Sequence record: SRR2962707_2477
Direction: 5' to 3' (one strand)
Length of the DNA: 42,082 nt
The number at the start of each line of letters is the position of its first letter. Positions within the stretch are counted from its first letter, which is position 1. The notes below the pieces were generated by a model. That model saw nothing but the letters and a program-made list of their open reading frames with translations. It was not told the DNA's origin and searched no databases. The translations under genes and the position numbers were made by a program. Of the stretch, positions 17,769 to 27,207 are shown piece after piece.

Positions 17769-18092
17769 TCACCTCTTGAGAACTGCAGCCCACTGCTCAG
17801 CAATGGCCTGGCGCTCTTGCCACGTCTGCGAGCGAGGAGCCTTTGCCCCATCCTCGATCAGAAGGTCTTTGAGCTTGGGGATTTTCTTCATCAGCGGGAT
17901 CACTGCCGTATAGAAGGCGGCTGTCATTCGCTCGTTATGTTCGCGGGTCATCCGCTTTTGAGAGGCTTTGAACCGCGCGTTCAATTCGCGCGGGGTAAGG
18001 TTCCAGAAGCCATCGGGGTCATAGTGGCCGAGGGCTGCATATTCGATACTCAGCGCTTGCCAGTCCCACCCCGGCTGGCTTTCCGAGGGTTT
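17769..18092 (-). CDS. Tail assembly chaperone gpT-like segment, reached by -1 frameshift
   Basis: The -1 frame is open from the slippery site and reads WDWQALSIEYAALGHYDPDGFWNLTPRELNARF, including the typical FWxLTPRE motif. Confidence 0.8.
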   Translation of the reverse strand, partial: KPSESQPGWDWQALSIEYAALGHYDPDGFWNLTPRELNARFKASQKRMTREHNERMTAAFYTAVIPLMKKIPKLKDLLIEDGAKAPRSQTWQERQAIAEQWAAVLKR

Positions 18093-18427
18093 GGCTTGAC
18101 CGCGGGGTCAGCGGCTGCTGCCGGAGGAAAAGCGGCGCGCATCGCCTCAAATACCTTTTCCATCACCTTGGGCAGAGACGCAGCGGCGATAATGTCGCCA
18201 GCATCGTCCAACGTTGTGCCCTTGTGGTGCACCTGCAGTGCGGCCCACAACGCGGCGCGCCATGAACCGACGCGCGGGTTCTCCTGATTGCTCAAAAGCG
18301 CGGAAATTTCCATCACGCCGAGATCCAGCAGATCTTCTAGCTGAGCGAGCTCGTTGATGGACATCCGCAAGACATAGGTGACGGGGCCGACCACCAGGTC
18401 GACCTCGCCCTTTTCGGGATTTGCCAT
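18050..18427 (-). CDS. Tail assembly chaperone (gpG-like)
   Basis: MANPEKGEV...LRMSINELAQLED, between the tail tube and tape measure genes. Confidence 0.85.
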   Translation of the reverse strand: MANPEKGEVDLVVGPVTYVLRMSINELAQLEDLLDLGVMEISALLSNQENPRVGSWRAALWAALQVHHKGTTLDDAGDIIAAASLPKVMEKVFEAMRAAFPPAAAADPAVKPNPRKASRGGTGKR

Positions 18428-18436
18428 GAGTGCCCC

Positions 18437-19135
18437 TTACGCTGCGATAACGTCGATGGCTTCCGCACTGGTCGCCGTAGCGGAGCCGGCCGAATTGGTC
18501 GCAGTGACCGTGACCGTGAGGGTATCGCCCAGATCGCCAACAACCGGTGTGTAGGTTGCCTCTTCCGCTCCAGGGATTGCCACACCGCCATTCTTCCAGA
18601 CATAGCCAAAGGAAGTCGGTGCGCCGCTCCAAACGCCCTTGCTGGCCGTCAGAGCCACGCCAACCTGCGGTGTACCCGCAATAGACGGAAGAACGGTATT
18701 CGCAGGCGCGGTCGTGCTGCCGGCAGTCACGGCGCCGGCAACCTTGATCGTGACATCCATCGTCATCTTGTCATCGAACGGGATCGCAGCCGAGCGGCCC
18801 GACACGATGCCGGTATAGGTCGAGGTCACACCGTTTGGATAGGTTTCGCGGGCAGAGAAGCGAGTGCCGCCAACCTGCAGCGCTTTCAGCATCACGTCAC
18901 TGACGGAGCCGGGAATATAGTTGATGGTCATCGAGGCTTCGCCAGGGTCGATCATTCCCGCAATGAATTCGCGGGTACGGTTCGGCGATTTCATATGGCT
19001 ACCATCCGGCGTTTCAGCAGTAGAGGATGGCGGCGAGATATTGGTGATCTCGTCTACTTCGGCCCAGGTTGAGCCTCCGTTTGTCGAGATTTCATAGGTA
19101 GAACCATAACCGATGGTTACTTCAGTTTCAGCCAT
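18437..19135 (-). CDS. Major tail tube protein with C-terminal Ig-like domain
   Basis: 'SHMKSPNRTREFIAGMIDPGE' tube motif; GGAGG RBS; C-terminal 'APANTVLPSIAGTPQVGVALTASKGVW...YVW' Ig-like domain. Confidence 0.9.
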   Translation of the reverse strand: MAETEVTIGYGSTYEISTNGGSTWAEVDEITNISPPSSTAETPDGSHMKSPNRTREFIAGMIDPGEASMTINYIPGSVSDVMLKALQVGGTRFSARETYPNGVTSTYTGIVSGRSAAIPFDDKMTMDVTIKVAGAVTAGSTTAPANTVLPSIAGTPQVGVALTASKGVWSGAPTSFGYVWKNGGVAIPGAEEATYTPVVGDLGDTLTVTVTATNSAGSATATSAEAIDVIAA

Positions 19136-19199
19136 AGCGGCCTCCGATGATGTGAGAGAGTTCAGCGCCTGCCCACGGCGCAATGGATGGGCGCTATCG

Positions 19200-19595
19200 T
19201 CAGGCCGAGAGGCCCCACGAAATCATGTAGTCGCGGCTGTCAGTGAACCACTTATGGCTGTCGACCATGCCGAAGCTGGTCCGCTGGTTCTGCTCAAAGC
19301 AGCCTTGGAATTGATAGCCCTCGAACACGCCGCGGAACCCCGACAGACGGGCCGCCAGAGCCTCGGCGATATCGCGGGCCTTCACAGCGCTGCCGTCGCG
19401 ACAATCGAACTGCACGCGGGTCTGCACGAAGCCTGAGGCGCCGGCCATGTGGTAATCGGTGATGCCCGAGATAACCGTTATTGAAATAGACCCCTGCGGC
19501 GATCCTTGGGGCAGCGTATCCCATTGGGGAGGCGTTGCGATCAGGGCCGAAAGCTGGGCCGACTGCATCAGCAGTTTGGCGAGCTTGTCTTGCAT
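19200..19595 (-). CDS. Tail terminator / completion protein (DUF3168-like)
   Basis: Synteny; 'RVQFDC...A..IAEAL...LSGFRG'; start overlaps the upstream stop (TAATG). Confidence 0.8.
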   Translation of the reverse strand: MQDKLAKLLMQSAQLSALIATPPQWDTLPQGSPQGSISITVISGITDYHMAGASGFVQTRVQFDCRDGSAVKARDIAEALAARLSGFRGVFEGYQFQGCFEQNQRTSFGMVDSHKWFTDSRDYMISWGLSA

Positions 19596-20026
19596 TATTT
19601 CGCCGCCTTCCGTGCTGCCGCCGTTGTGGCTTTCTCGATCTCGACCCAAGCAACATCGCCAATACGCTTGAGCATTGGCTCTTTCGTCTCATCCCAGGCT
19701 GGGCGCATGAACGGCTGGGCCCCGTGGTTCTCGTTGCCGAATTCCTGCTGCACGCCGCTCGGCCGACCGTCAGGGCCGACATATCGCTCTTGCTCTGCAA
19801 CCTTGGGATGAGCAGCCTTGGCGCTCTTGTTCAGAACCCCCGACACGTCGATGCTTTCGCGCAGGCCGCCACTATCGACCGGAACCCGCGACCGGGCCGC
19901 CTTGGCCATGATCTCGCCGGCATTATCTAGAGCCTTGCGGCCGATCGCTCGGCGCTTTGTTTTGGTGAACTGGTTGAGCGCGGCGTCGAGCTGGCGGCCG
20001 CCCTCGAATTTCACGGTCATCTTCAC
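19595..20026 (-). CDS. HK97 gp10-like tail component
   Basis: 'PVDSGGLRESI' and 'EFGNENHGAQPFMRPAWD' motifs. Confidence 0.9.
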   Translation of the reverse strand: MKMTVKFEGGRQLDAALNQFTKTKRRAIGRKALDNAGEIMAKAARSRVPVDSGGLRESIDVSGVLNKSAKAAHPKVAEQERYVGPDGRPSGVQQEFGNENHGAQPFMRPAWDETKEPMLKRIGDVAWVEIEKATTAAARKAAK

Positions 20027-20352
20027 AGGTCGGCCCGCCTCGATGCATCAACGCGCAAGCCCACGCGACGGCCGACCTCGGCCACCGCCTGTATATCGTA
20101 GATATCGCCCTGATAGCTGAGCCGGTCTTTGGGGTTCAGATCAGCGACTGGGGACGAATAGCGGATCTCGAACACATCGGTCGCCGCAGCGTTGACTTCG
20201 GCCCCGGCCAGCGTTTCGCGGGCAGACGCCCGGCGCCACGATGCCCAGACGGTGGCGAATGCTGTGAAACCCTCGATCGGGTTCAGATCATCGTCATATG
20301 TGATGCCGTAGCGCAGCAGCGTGATGCGCCGATCGAGCTTGCGCCCATCCAT
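20023..20352 (-). CDS. Head-tail adaptor / head closure protein (SPP1 gp16-like)
   Basis: 'LDRRITL...FATVWAS...E......FEIRY...DRL....YDI'. Confidence 0.88.
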   Translation of the reverse strand: MDGRKLDRRITLLRYGITYDDDLNPIEGFTAFATVWASWRRASARETLAGAEVNAAATDVFEIRYSSPVADLNPKDRLSYQGDIYDIQAVAEVGRRVGLRVDASRRADL

Positions 20353-20657
20353 CAGGCACCGAGCCCGCATCGGTATGGCCAGATCAAGCTCTTCACCTGG
20401 CTGTCCACATTGGCGCTGAGAATGATGGGCTCGTTATCGTAGAGCCCCTTGACCAGAATGAAGCCCGCAACCTTGAACACGGCTTCCTTCTCGTATGGGA
20501 CCAGCGACAGATTGCAGAACCGGAGCATTTCCTGCTCAGCTGCATCCATATACGCCGTGATCAGAGCGTCTTCGTCGCTGCTGTCGACGTGCAGATGAGT
20601 TTTGACCTCGGCGAGCGTCCATAGCGGGCCAACCTCGGTAATGACGATATCGGCCAT
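20352..20657 (-). CDS. Head-tail connector (HK97 gp6 / SPP1 gp15-like)
   Basis: 'TLAEVKTHLHVDSSDEDALITAYMDAAE' and 'SLIWPYR'. Confidence 0.9.
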   Translation of the reverse strand: MADIVITEVGPLWTLAEVKTHLHVDSSDEDALITAYMDAAEQEMLRFCNLSLVPYEKEAVFKVAGFILVKGLYDNEPIILSANVDSQVKSLIWPYRCGLGA

Positions 20658-20668
20658 GGTGTTTCCCC

Positions 20669-21016
20669 TTAAGCGGCAGCCACGGCCGATGTTGCGGCAC
20701 TAGTGGCCGATGCTGAGCCCTTCCAGTTCGCCGCCGAGACGGTGACGGTGATTTCGGCGCCCTCTTCGGCCGCTGTCAGCTCATAAGTCGACGCCCTTGC
20801 GCCATCGATCGCTGAGGCATCCGCTTCCCACTGATAGGTGAAGTTCGCCGGAGCTTCCTTGCCGGTCCAAGTGCCGGTGCTGGCCGTCAGCGTCTCGCCG
20901 ACCGTCGCCGTGCCAGTGATCACGGGCAGGACGCTATTGACTGGCGCCGCAGGGGCCCCGCCTTCTGCGCCGAGAAATCCCGCATAGCTGCGTTTGTGAT
21001 CTGCCTTGCTGCGCAT
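20669..21016 (-). CDS. Stand-alone Ig-like virion decoration protein
   Basis: 'APVNSVLPVITGTATVGETLTASTGTW...YQW...STYELT', similar to the tail-tube C-terminal domain. Confidence 0.7.
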   Translation of the reverse strand: MRSKADHKRSYAGFLGAEGGAPAAPVNSVLPVITGTATVGETLTASTGTWTGKEAPANFTYQWEADASAIDGARASTYELTAAEEGAEITVTVSAANWKGSASATSAATSAVAAA

Positions 21017-21019
21017 GTT

Positions 21020-21493
21020 TTAGCCCTTCGCCTTTGCCGCGCCATCAGGCTTGGCAGCGTTCGGAGGTTCTACCTTTGTAGTGGCTTCGGCCGCAGCAGC
21101 CGCCGCGTCGATTTCCACCTGCTTCGCGCCTAGCTTCGCCTGAAGATCTGATAGTTCGACAGTTTTCGCTGCGATAGCGGTATCGAGATCGGCGACTTCG
21201 CCCTGTTTTCCCGCTTTCTCCTGCTCGATCGCCTGAAGCGCGCTGTCTGCAGCAACCCGAGCCGCGTTCACTTCCGCAACGATTGCGGCAATATCGGCAT
21301 TTGCTTTAGTACGATCAGCCGATTTTGCCTCCGACGTATCATTCGTCTTCGGCTTCCTGCTTGTCGCTTTGAGCACGCCGAGTTTCACCAGATGAGACGC
21401 ATCGGCCTCGGTCATCTCGCGTTCGCCGCCTTCTTTATAGAATTGGTCGCCTTCGTGCCCGCGCAGCACGTCATAAACGATGGTCTTAGACAT
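21020..21493 (-). CDS. Head-module accessory protein (small N-domain plus coiled coil)
   Basis: AAGGAG RBS; directly downstream of the capsid gene; Ala/Lys-rich heptads. Confidence 0.75.
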   Translation of the reverse strand: MSKTIVYDVLRGHEGDQFYKEGGEREMTEADASHLVKLGVLKATSRKPKTNDTSEAKSADRTKANADIAAIVAEVNAARVAADSALQAIEQEKAGKQGEVADLDTAIAAKTVELSDLQAKLGAKQVEIDAAAAAAEATTKVEPPNAAKPDGAAKAKG

Positions 21494-21516
21494 GGCATTC
21501 TCCTTCGGTTCATAGA

Positions 21517-21542
21517 AGAGGCGGCGCGCAAACGCCGCCTCT
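21517..21542 (-). terminator. Stem-loop after the major capsid gene
   Basis: AGAGGCGGCG-N6-CGCCGCCTCT. Confidence 0.6.
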
Positions 21543-21559
21543 CGTGATCAACCGAACGA

Positions 21560-22861
21560 TTAAGCTACGCGGCCAAAGTCGCCGTAGATAAAGGCTTCTG
21601 GGCGATAGACTGCCAGGGCCAAACGTTCTTCGGCCAGCACTGTGACCAGGTTCTTGATGAAGTCGTCTTCGTTCTCGGTCGCGACTTCGACGCGAGCCTG
21701 CCAGCGATCGAACACCTGGGCGCCGAGTTTGAATGCACCGGTCAGGAACTTGTCCTGAGCAATGGCCTGCGTGGTCACCACAGGGAGGCCCCAGAGGGTT
21801 GGCGAGATCGTGCCCTGCGGATTGCCGATGATGTAGTTGCCGCCGGCATCCTTGAGGGTTTCAATCCATGTCCAATCGATCGGGTTCATGACGTGGCCAG
21901 TTGCAGGGTATTCGGCCAGAGCAGCCTGCAGCATTGCCAGGCGCATCAGATCGATGCTCGTTGGCGAGGTCAGAGTGATCGGCGCCGAATAGGCTGTCGC
22001 CTGCGGGATAATGCCGAGCAGGTTCTGGCCGGTGCCGTCACCATTGAGAAGCTGGCCCTCTTCCTTGAACGCAAGGCCGTAGAGCAGGCGCTGATCAATG
22101 ATCGAGCGCAGCTGCGAAATATCGCTCAGAACCTGGCGGGATGCCTTCATCCAATGCGCGATGACCTTGGCCGAGGTGTTCTTCAGTTCCAGCTTGATAT
22201 CGGAACCGGGCTTGGCAGCCCCCTCCGCAACCATGCCAGCATTGTTGGTGAAGCCGGTTTCCTGCACGTATTCCAGCGTACTGCCATCCATCTGGCCGGG
22301 CGAGAGAAGATCACGCACGGTCATACGGCGCTGCGGCATTGACTGGATGCCTGGCAGACGGGTCTGGTTGATTGCATCGCCGACAGAACCGGCGGCATCA
22401 GTGGTCAGGGAGGTCAGCGTAGCCTTGGCCTGGAAGTCGATGCGGCCGCGCGGGTTGGCCTGAGCCATGAAGGACTTGACGTTCTCGTCTTCGGCGAACA
22501 TTTCACCGAAAGACTTGGCGCGCTCAGCACCGCCGCCGGTGCCTTCAGAAACGCGCTGCTCGAGCTGAGACAGCTGCTCATTGATGCCATTCATCTTGAT
22601 CAGCGCTTCGTCAGCCTGTTCCTTGACGGAAGTGCTGATCTCGCCGGATTTCTTGGCTTCGCCAATGGCGGTTTCAGCGATCTCTTTCACCTTGTCCAGG
22701 GACTTGGTGAACTCGCCCTTGATCTCAGCGGCCAGCGTGGCGACCGAGCTTGGCATATCGTCTGGCTTGTCGAAAACCACGCGAGGGGCGCAGAAGTAGT
22801 TCATTGCGGGCATGGCAAAGAGCGCGCCGGCCATAGTGGCCAAAGCGATTGAACGGGTCAT
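21560..22861 (-). CDS. Major capsid protein, HK97 fold
   Basis: Delta domain; 'VAEGAAKP', 'LNGDGTGQNLLGI', 'LWGLPVV' and 'AEERLALAVYRPEAF'. Confidence 0.97.
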   Translation of the reverse strand: MTRSIALATMAGALFAMPAMNYFCAPRVVFDKPDDMPSSVATLAAEIKGEFTKSLDKVKEIAETAIGEAKKSGEISTSVKEQADEALIKMNGINEQLSQLEQRVSEGTGGGAERAKSFGEMFAEDENVKSFMAQANPRGRIDFQAKATLTSLTTDAAGSVGDAINQTRLPGIQSMPQRRMTVRDLLSPGQMDGSTLEYVQETGFTNNAGMVAEGAAKPGSDIKLELKNTSAKVIAHWMKASRQVLSDISQLRSIIDQRLLYGLAFKEEGQLLNGDGTGQNLLGIIPQATAYSAPITLTSPTSIDLMRLAMLQAALAEYPATGHVMNPIDWTWIETLKDAGGNYIIGNPQGTISPTLWGLPVVTTQAIAQDKFLTGAFKLGAQVFDRWQARVEVATENEDDFIKNLVTVLAEERLALAVYRPEAFIYGDFGRVA

Positions 22862-22894
22862 AGTGTATTCTCCGATTGTGGGGTGTTTAGGGGC

Positions 22895-23584
22895 TTAGCC
22901 CCGGAGTGCGAGCAAGAAAGCTCGTGTTGCATCCGCTCCGGCAGGTTCCCCCTGCCCCTTAAGACAGACGCGCGCGGCACGCTCTGCCTCCGAATTCGAG
23001 AAGCCCAATCCCTTGAGCCATGTCTCAAATTCGCGCTCAGTGAGCCGGTCCCCGGCCTTGAGCTTATCCGTCAACTGGTGTGCAGCCTTGAACGCCTTCA
23101 CGCTCGTGATCGTCGCGTTCTCATTCGCGCCGATGCTGACCACCGAAACTTCCTTCAGGTCGAGGTTCTGAAGCGTCCAAACGCCGCTCTCAGTGTCGAC
23201 CGAGTATTCTTTGATCCGATAGCCAATCGAGAGGCCGTCAATGTCGCCATTCTTGAGCAGCGAATAGGCTTCGCGGCCGCGCTGAACATCCATGTTCAGC
23301 TTGCCCTTCAGCATCAGGCCGCGGGCATCTTCTGCCGCCGCTACCCATTTGCCGATCGGCTCATCTCGCTTGTGCTGCCAGAACATCTTCGGCATCGTTC
23401 CTGCGGCTTTGTGAGCCGCAAGGCTTTCCGTGAACGCGCCAACGGCGATCACATCGCCATAACTGTCGGGCTCACCGCCGAAGGTTGATCCATAGCCCTC
23501 GAATTCGCCATCATCCTTGAGCGACTTGATTTCGAGAACTGGTGCGGAATGCGGCATTGTGATGCCAGCGTCCTTAAACAACAT
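22895..23584 (-). CDS. Prohead protease (HK97 family)
   Basis: 'FEGYGSTF', 'FWQH....PIGKW', 'GLSIGY' and 'EVSVVSIGAN'. Confidence 0.95.
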   Translation of the reverse strand: MLFKDAGITMPHSAPVLEIKSLKDDGEFEGYGSTFGGEPDSYGDVIAVGAFTESLAAHKAAGTMPKMFWQHKRDEPIGKWVAAAEDARGLMLKGKLNMDVQRGREAYSLLKNGDIDGLSIGYRIKEYSVDTESGVWTLQNLDLKEVSVVSIGANENATITSVKAFKAAHQLTDKLKAGDRLTEREFETWLKGLGFSNSEAERAARVCLKGQGEPAGADATRAFLLALRG

Positions 23585-24803
23585 CGTCAGCCTCCTGGGC
23601 GGCGCTTGATTGGTTGGTGATCAGCGGGATCGGATCATCCCAGCCGTCGACTGGCGGGCGATTTTCGAGCTCGCGCACTTCATTCCGAAGCAGCCAGCCT
23701 GGCTTCTGGGTGTCTCCCAGCGCCGCACGGTAGAACTCCGAACGAGCCTTGCTGTCGCCACGCAGGAGCCCTTCGAGGTTGAACTCGATCGTCACACCGC
23801 GCGCCACATCGTCTGGCGTCAGCAGTTGCTTCTGCAGGGCCTGCTCGATCCGCTTGAGACGGCGGCGAAGCGTAAACTTCACAAATCCGAGTGTCTGCTG
23901 TTCAAGGCCGGTGCCCCAGCTTGTCGATTTTTCGGTGTGGCCAACCATATTGGGCGGCACGCCGAACAGCCGGCATATCTCTTCGACCGAGAACGACCGC
24001 GATTCCAGCATCTGGGCGTCTTCAGGATTGAGCGACAGCGTAGAAACCGTCTGCCCGCCTTCGGCAATGAAGGGGCGGCCAGCATTCATGGCACCCAGAA
24101 ACTTCTGCTCGAGAGCATCTTCAATGTCAGTGCGCTGTGTTCCGGTCAGAAATTCCTTGAACGAGATCACGATGCTGGGCAGCATCCCGTTTTTGAATGT
24201 CTTTGTCGCCGCGGCGTTGATGCCCGTCGCCAAGTCGAATGTCTTGCGGCCATATTCGAGCGTCGAAAGGCCGCCGAGTGGATTGCCGCCGAAGCCGCGA
24301 ATGTGCAGAACGGTTTCGTCTGTCTCATCATAGGTTTTGCCGTTGACAGTCCACCGGTAACCGATGCGGCCGCCGGCCAGCTGACGAACATCCATCAGAT
24401 CTGGATAGATCGGGCTCAGGCCAATGATTTTCCCGGCGCTCTTGATCTTGCGCGCGTACCCGTTGCCGCGAAGTTCGATGCTCGCACAAACGAATTCCCA
24501 GAAATCCAGGGCCGTCTGATGGCTATTCGGGCTGTCGTGCAGCACGCGGTACAGGGCATGGTCCTTTGCCACCTCGCGAGAACCGTTCTTTGCCCTCCGA
24601 TACACCATCAGAGGTAGCGATGCTTGCGTACCAACCAGAAGGTTGACGCAGGCCCAGGCTGTAGAAAGGCCGAGAACAGCACTTTCATTCATCGAGACGC
24701 CGGTGATCGTGTCGGAGTCCGAGTTCCGCCAATGAGCGGGATCTCGGATCGAGAGAGGCGTTCCCTTGATCAACGTCAGCAGCGCTGCCTTAAATCGGTT
24801 CAT
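23574..24803 (-). CDS. Portal protein (HK97 family)
   Basis: 'LRGNGY', 'VLHIRGF...GLS', 'DAQMLESR.FSVEEICRLFGVPP' and 'NEVRELEN'. Confidence 0.96.
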   Translation of the reverse strand: MNRFKAALLTLIKGTPLSIRDPAHWRNSDSDTITGVSMNESAVLGLSTAWACVNLLVGTQASLPLMVYRRAKNGSREVAKDHALYRVLHDSPNSHQTALDFWEFVCASIELRGNGYARKIKSAGKIIGLSPIYPDLMDVRQLAGGRIGYRWTVNGKTYDETDETVLHIRGFGGNPLGGLSTLEYGRKTFDLATGINAAATKTFKNGMLPSIVISFKEFLTGTQRTDIEDALEQKFLGAMNAGRPFIAEGGQTVSTLSLNPEDAQMLESRSFSVEEICRLFGVPPNMVGHTEKSTSWGTGLEQQTLGFVKFTLRRRLKRIEQALQKQLLTPDDVARGVTIEFNLEGLLRGDSKARSEFYRAALGDTQKPGWLLRNEVRELENRPPVDGWDDPIPLITNQSSAAQEADDVV

Positions 24804-26512
24804 GCTGACTCCGTCAGGCTCTTGAGATATTCATCCAGACGGCCGGTATTCACAGCTTCTGGGTTTCTCACCATCACCGTCACGGCATCAAACAGAGCCA
24901 TTACCGGGTCAATTTTACCGTCGCCGGCGTTCTGCTTCGTTGCTCGAATAGCCGTCGCCGTTGGCTCGATCTTCAGGTTACCAACGCACCAATCCATCAG
25001 GGATGAACCCGAATGGCGCAGCGTCCCATTGGTCAGCTTTCGCTCGGCTGTCTTGATGGCGTTCATCATCTGATAGCCTTGGGCGGCGCCGATCAGCTGC
25101 CCATTGTCGACCGTCACGCCGATCTGATCGAGCGCTTCGATCATCTCGCCCAGCCCGGCGGGGTCGACGGCGACCGCGGCGAGAAGGTGCCGCTTGTTGA
25201 TTTCATCGATGCGATCAACGATCGCCGATATGTCAGCCAGTTCATCGTCTACAATGGTCAGCTCGCCAGCCGCGGCGAAGCCCTGCAACCGTGCGGCGAT
25301 CGACTTTCGGCGGGTCAGAACGCCCTTATGACACCAGGCATGCGACCATGAGAGCCAGTCGCGAGTTTTCTTATGCCGCCCGAGCGCCGAGAACCCGAAC
25401 AAATCGTCAAGGCCGCCACCGTCGAGCCCGACCACGATCACTTCGCAGTCTTCCATCAGACTTTCGAGCGTGATGCTCGGGTCAGATTGCTTCTCCCAGA
25501 CATCGGCACCGGCCCAGCGGTTCGCCCGCAGGTTCATGCCGATCTCGACGTTCAAGTGCTTGGCCAGGAACGTCGCGAGCGTCGTCTTGTCGCTGCTCAG
25601 TTCCTTGATCATCTCATCTTCAAGCCATTGCTGGCTGACCGACCGCCCGAGATTTGGGTTCGTGATGTAGAAGTTCGCCGGATCTTCGTAGGCTTTCGCC
25701 TTGATCATGTCTGGCGGGAATTCGTAGAGCACCGGCAAGAACTTCGGATTGACGATTTCGCCGTCACGAATCTTGCGGGCATAGTCCAGTTTTGCCTTGA
25801 ACACGCCAGCCGGCGGCTCATCGCTTTGCGTTGACAGCGAGATGATGAAGCCCTCGGGCCGCGACACCAAACCGCCAGTCGCCTCACGCAGCATTGCGTC
25901 AGCGCCCGGCCGCTTGCCGAATACCCAAAGCTCATCGATCAGGATTCGCCCGGCCTTCTTGCCCGACACAGTGTCGGTATCAGCGGCCACGACCTTGAGC
26001 TCTGCCTTATTGCCCAAGTGCTCGATCGTTCGAATATGGTCGCGGACCTGCAGGAACCCGCCTTGATCAGCGGCAACGTCGAGCTCTGGATCAGCTCGCA
26101 CCATCGCGGCCGCCGGGTTGTAACTATTCTTTGCGACCTCGATCGTCGGCGCCAAGATCAGCAGTTCTTCATTCGGCCGCCAGTTGATGATCAGCGCCGT
26201 CAGCATAATCGCCGCGGCAATGGTCGACTTGGTGTTCTTCTTGCTGATCAGCATGAAGAACTCGGTCACCAGCTGATTGCCAGTCTCGGCATCGTAAGCG
26301 CCGAAAATCGCCGAGACGAAATCGAACACCCACTGGTCGCTGACCTCGCCGAAAGTCGGCTGGCCGGGAAGGTCAGTGACCCGCAGCGCCTTGAACACGC
26401 TCAGCGCATGATCGGCCTCGCTCGCATACAGCGGGCGAAACGGGATCAGGGAGCGCTGCGAAACAATCCGCTTTTCCCAATCTGGGCAGGCAGTCGACCA
26501 TTCCGGCATCAT
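24800..26512 (-). CDS. terL: Terminase large subunit
   Basis: Variant Walker A 'ISKKNTKST', Walker B 'ILIDELW', nuclease motifs 'GLDGGGLDD' and 'KIDPVMA'. Confidence 0.96.
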   Translation of the reverse strand: MMPEWSTACPDWEKRIVSQRSLIPFRPLYASEADHALSVFKALRVTDLPGQPTFGEVSDQWVFDFVSAIFGAYDAETGNQLVTEFFMLISKKNTKSTIAAAIMLTALIINWRPNEELLILAPTIEVAKNSYNPAAAMVRADPELDVAADQGGFLQVRDHIRTIEHLGNKAELKVVAADTDTVSGKKAGRILIDELWVFGKRPGADAMLREATGGLVSRPEGFIISLSTQSDEPPAGVFKAKLDYARKIRDGEIVNPKFLPVLYEFPPDMIKAKAYEDPANFYITNPNLGRSVSQQWLEDEMIKELSSDKTTLATFLAKHLNVEIGMNLRANRWAGADVWEKQSDPSITLESLMEDCEVIVVGLDGGGLDDLFGFSALGRHKKTRDWLSWSHAWCHKGVLTRRKSIAARLQGFAAAGELTIVDDELADISAIVDRIDEINKRHLLAAVAVDPAGLGEMIEALDQIGVTVDNGQLIGAAQGYQMMNAIKTAERKLTNGTLRHSGSSLMDWCVGNLKIEPTATAIRATKQNAGDGKIDPVMALFDAVTVMVRNPEAVNTGRLDEYLKSLTESA

Positions 26513-27072
26513 TTATTGTTCACGGCAACCAGCCGAGGCGGGCCCGGCCGCGCAGCAAACTTGCCGCCAGGTGCTGTCGAGGCCTCGGCTGCGCTCTTGC
26601 GCTGCGCCTTCTTGCCGCCGGCCCCCTCGGTTTCGCCCATCGTCTTGAGCGCCAGCGTGATCGTCTGCAGTGTTTTTGCCCGGGTCGGCAGCGACATCGC
26701 CTGGCGCAATGCCTGGACGCGATCGGGATCGGTTTCGTTCATCTGGATGATGACTTCCATCTCGCCCTTGTGGAGCGTTTCGGCAGCCAGCTCATCGAGC
26801 AGACGGTCGGCGACATTGCGCCCGCGGCCGATGACATCCTCGACGCGAGACACATCCGACTTTGGAGCATCCGCGACGGGCAGGTTCGCACTACCAGTTT
26901 GCTGCGAACCTTTTGCCTTTTTCTCTTGCGTCCAGCCCTCTGCTTTCGCGCGCTTACGGATCGCCGTGTCTGAAATCGAGAACCAACGCGCAATCTCCCG
27001 GATCTTGCGGGTTCCAGCGCGATAGTCCTTTTCAATTGCAGCCCAATCAGGGGCCTTTTGGGGATCGCTCAT
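26509..27072 (-). CDS. terS: Terminase small subunit
   Basis: N-terminal HTH 'PDWAAIEKDYRAG...REIA......AIRKRAKAEGW'; C-terminal 'GKKAQRK..A'; overlaps the terL start. Confidence 0.85.
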   Translation of the reverse strand: MSDPQKAPDWAAIEKDYRAGTRKIREIARWFSISDTAIRKRAKAEGWTQEKKAKGSQQTGSANLPVADAPKSDVSRVEDVIGRGRNVADRLLDELAAETLHKGEMEVIIQMNETDPDRVQALRQAMSLPTRAKTLQTITLALKTMGETEGAGGKKAQRKSAAEASTAPGGKFAARPGPPRLVAVNNK

Positions 27073-27207
27073 GAGCAGGTTTGCACCTTGGTTCGCACCC
27101 AAAATTCTCAGCAACAAAAAAATCTCTGCGTGAGGGGAACGCGGGTCCAGAGAGCGGGCACTTTTTGAAGTTTTGCCCGCCCCCCGTCTATGGTTCGCAG
27201 CTGCGAA
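27073..27207. other. Probable cos packaging region
   Basis: Non-coding gap between the HNH gene and terS with GGGGGGCGGG (minus strand, 27176-27185) and an inverted repeat GCGGGCA...TGCCCGC (27154-27180), as expected for HK97-like cos phages. Confidence 0.55.

Noticed and set aside
22780-22861. Signal-peptide-like N-terminus of the major capsid protein
   Set aside because: It lies in the cleaved delta/scaffold region of an HK97-type capsid and there is no other evidence for export.
23610-24617. 335-aa + strand ORF
   Set aside because: Antisense shadow of the portal gene.
26018-27025. 335-aa + strand ORF
   Set aside because: Antisense to the terminase genes, with no recognisable domain.
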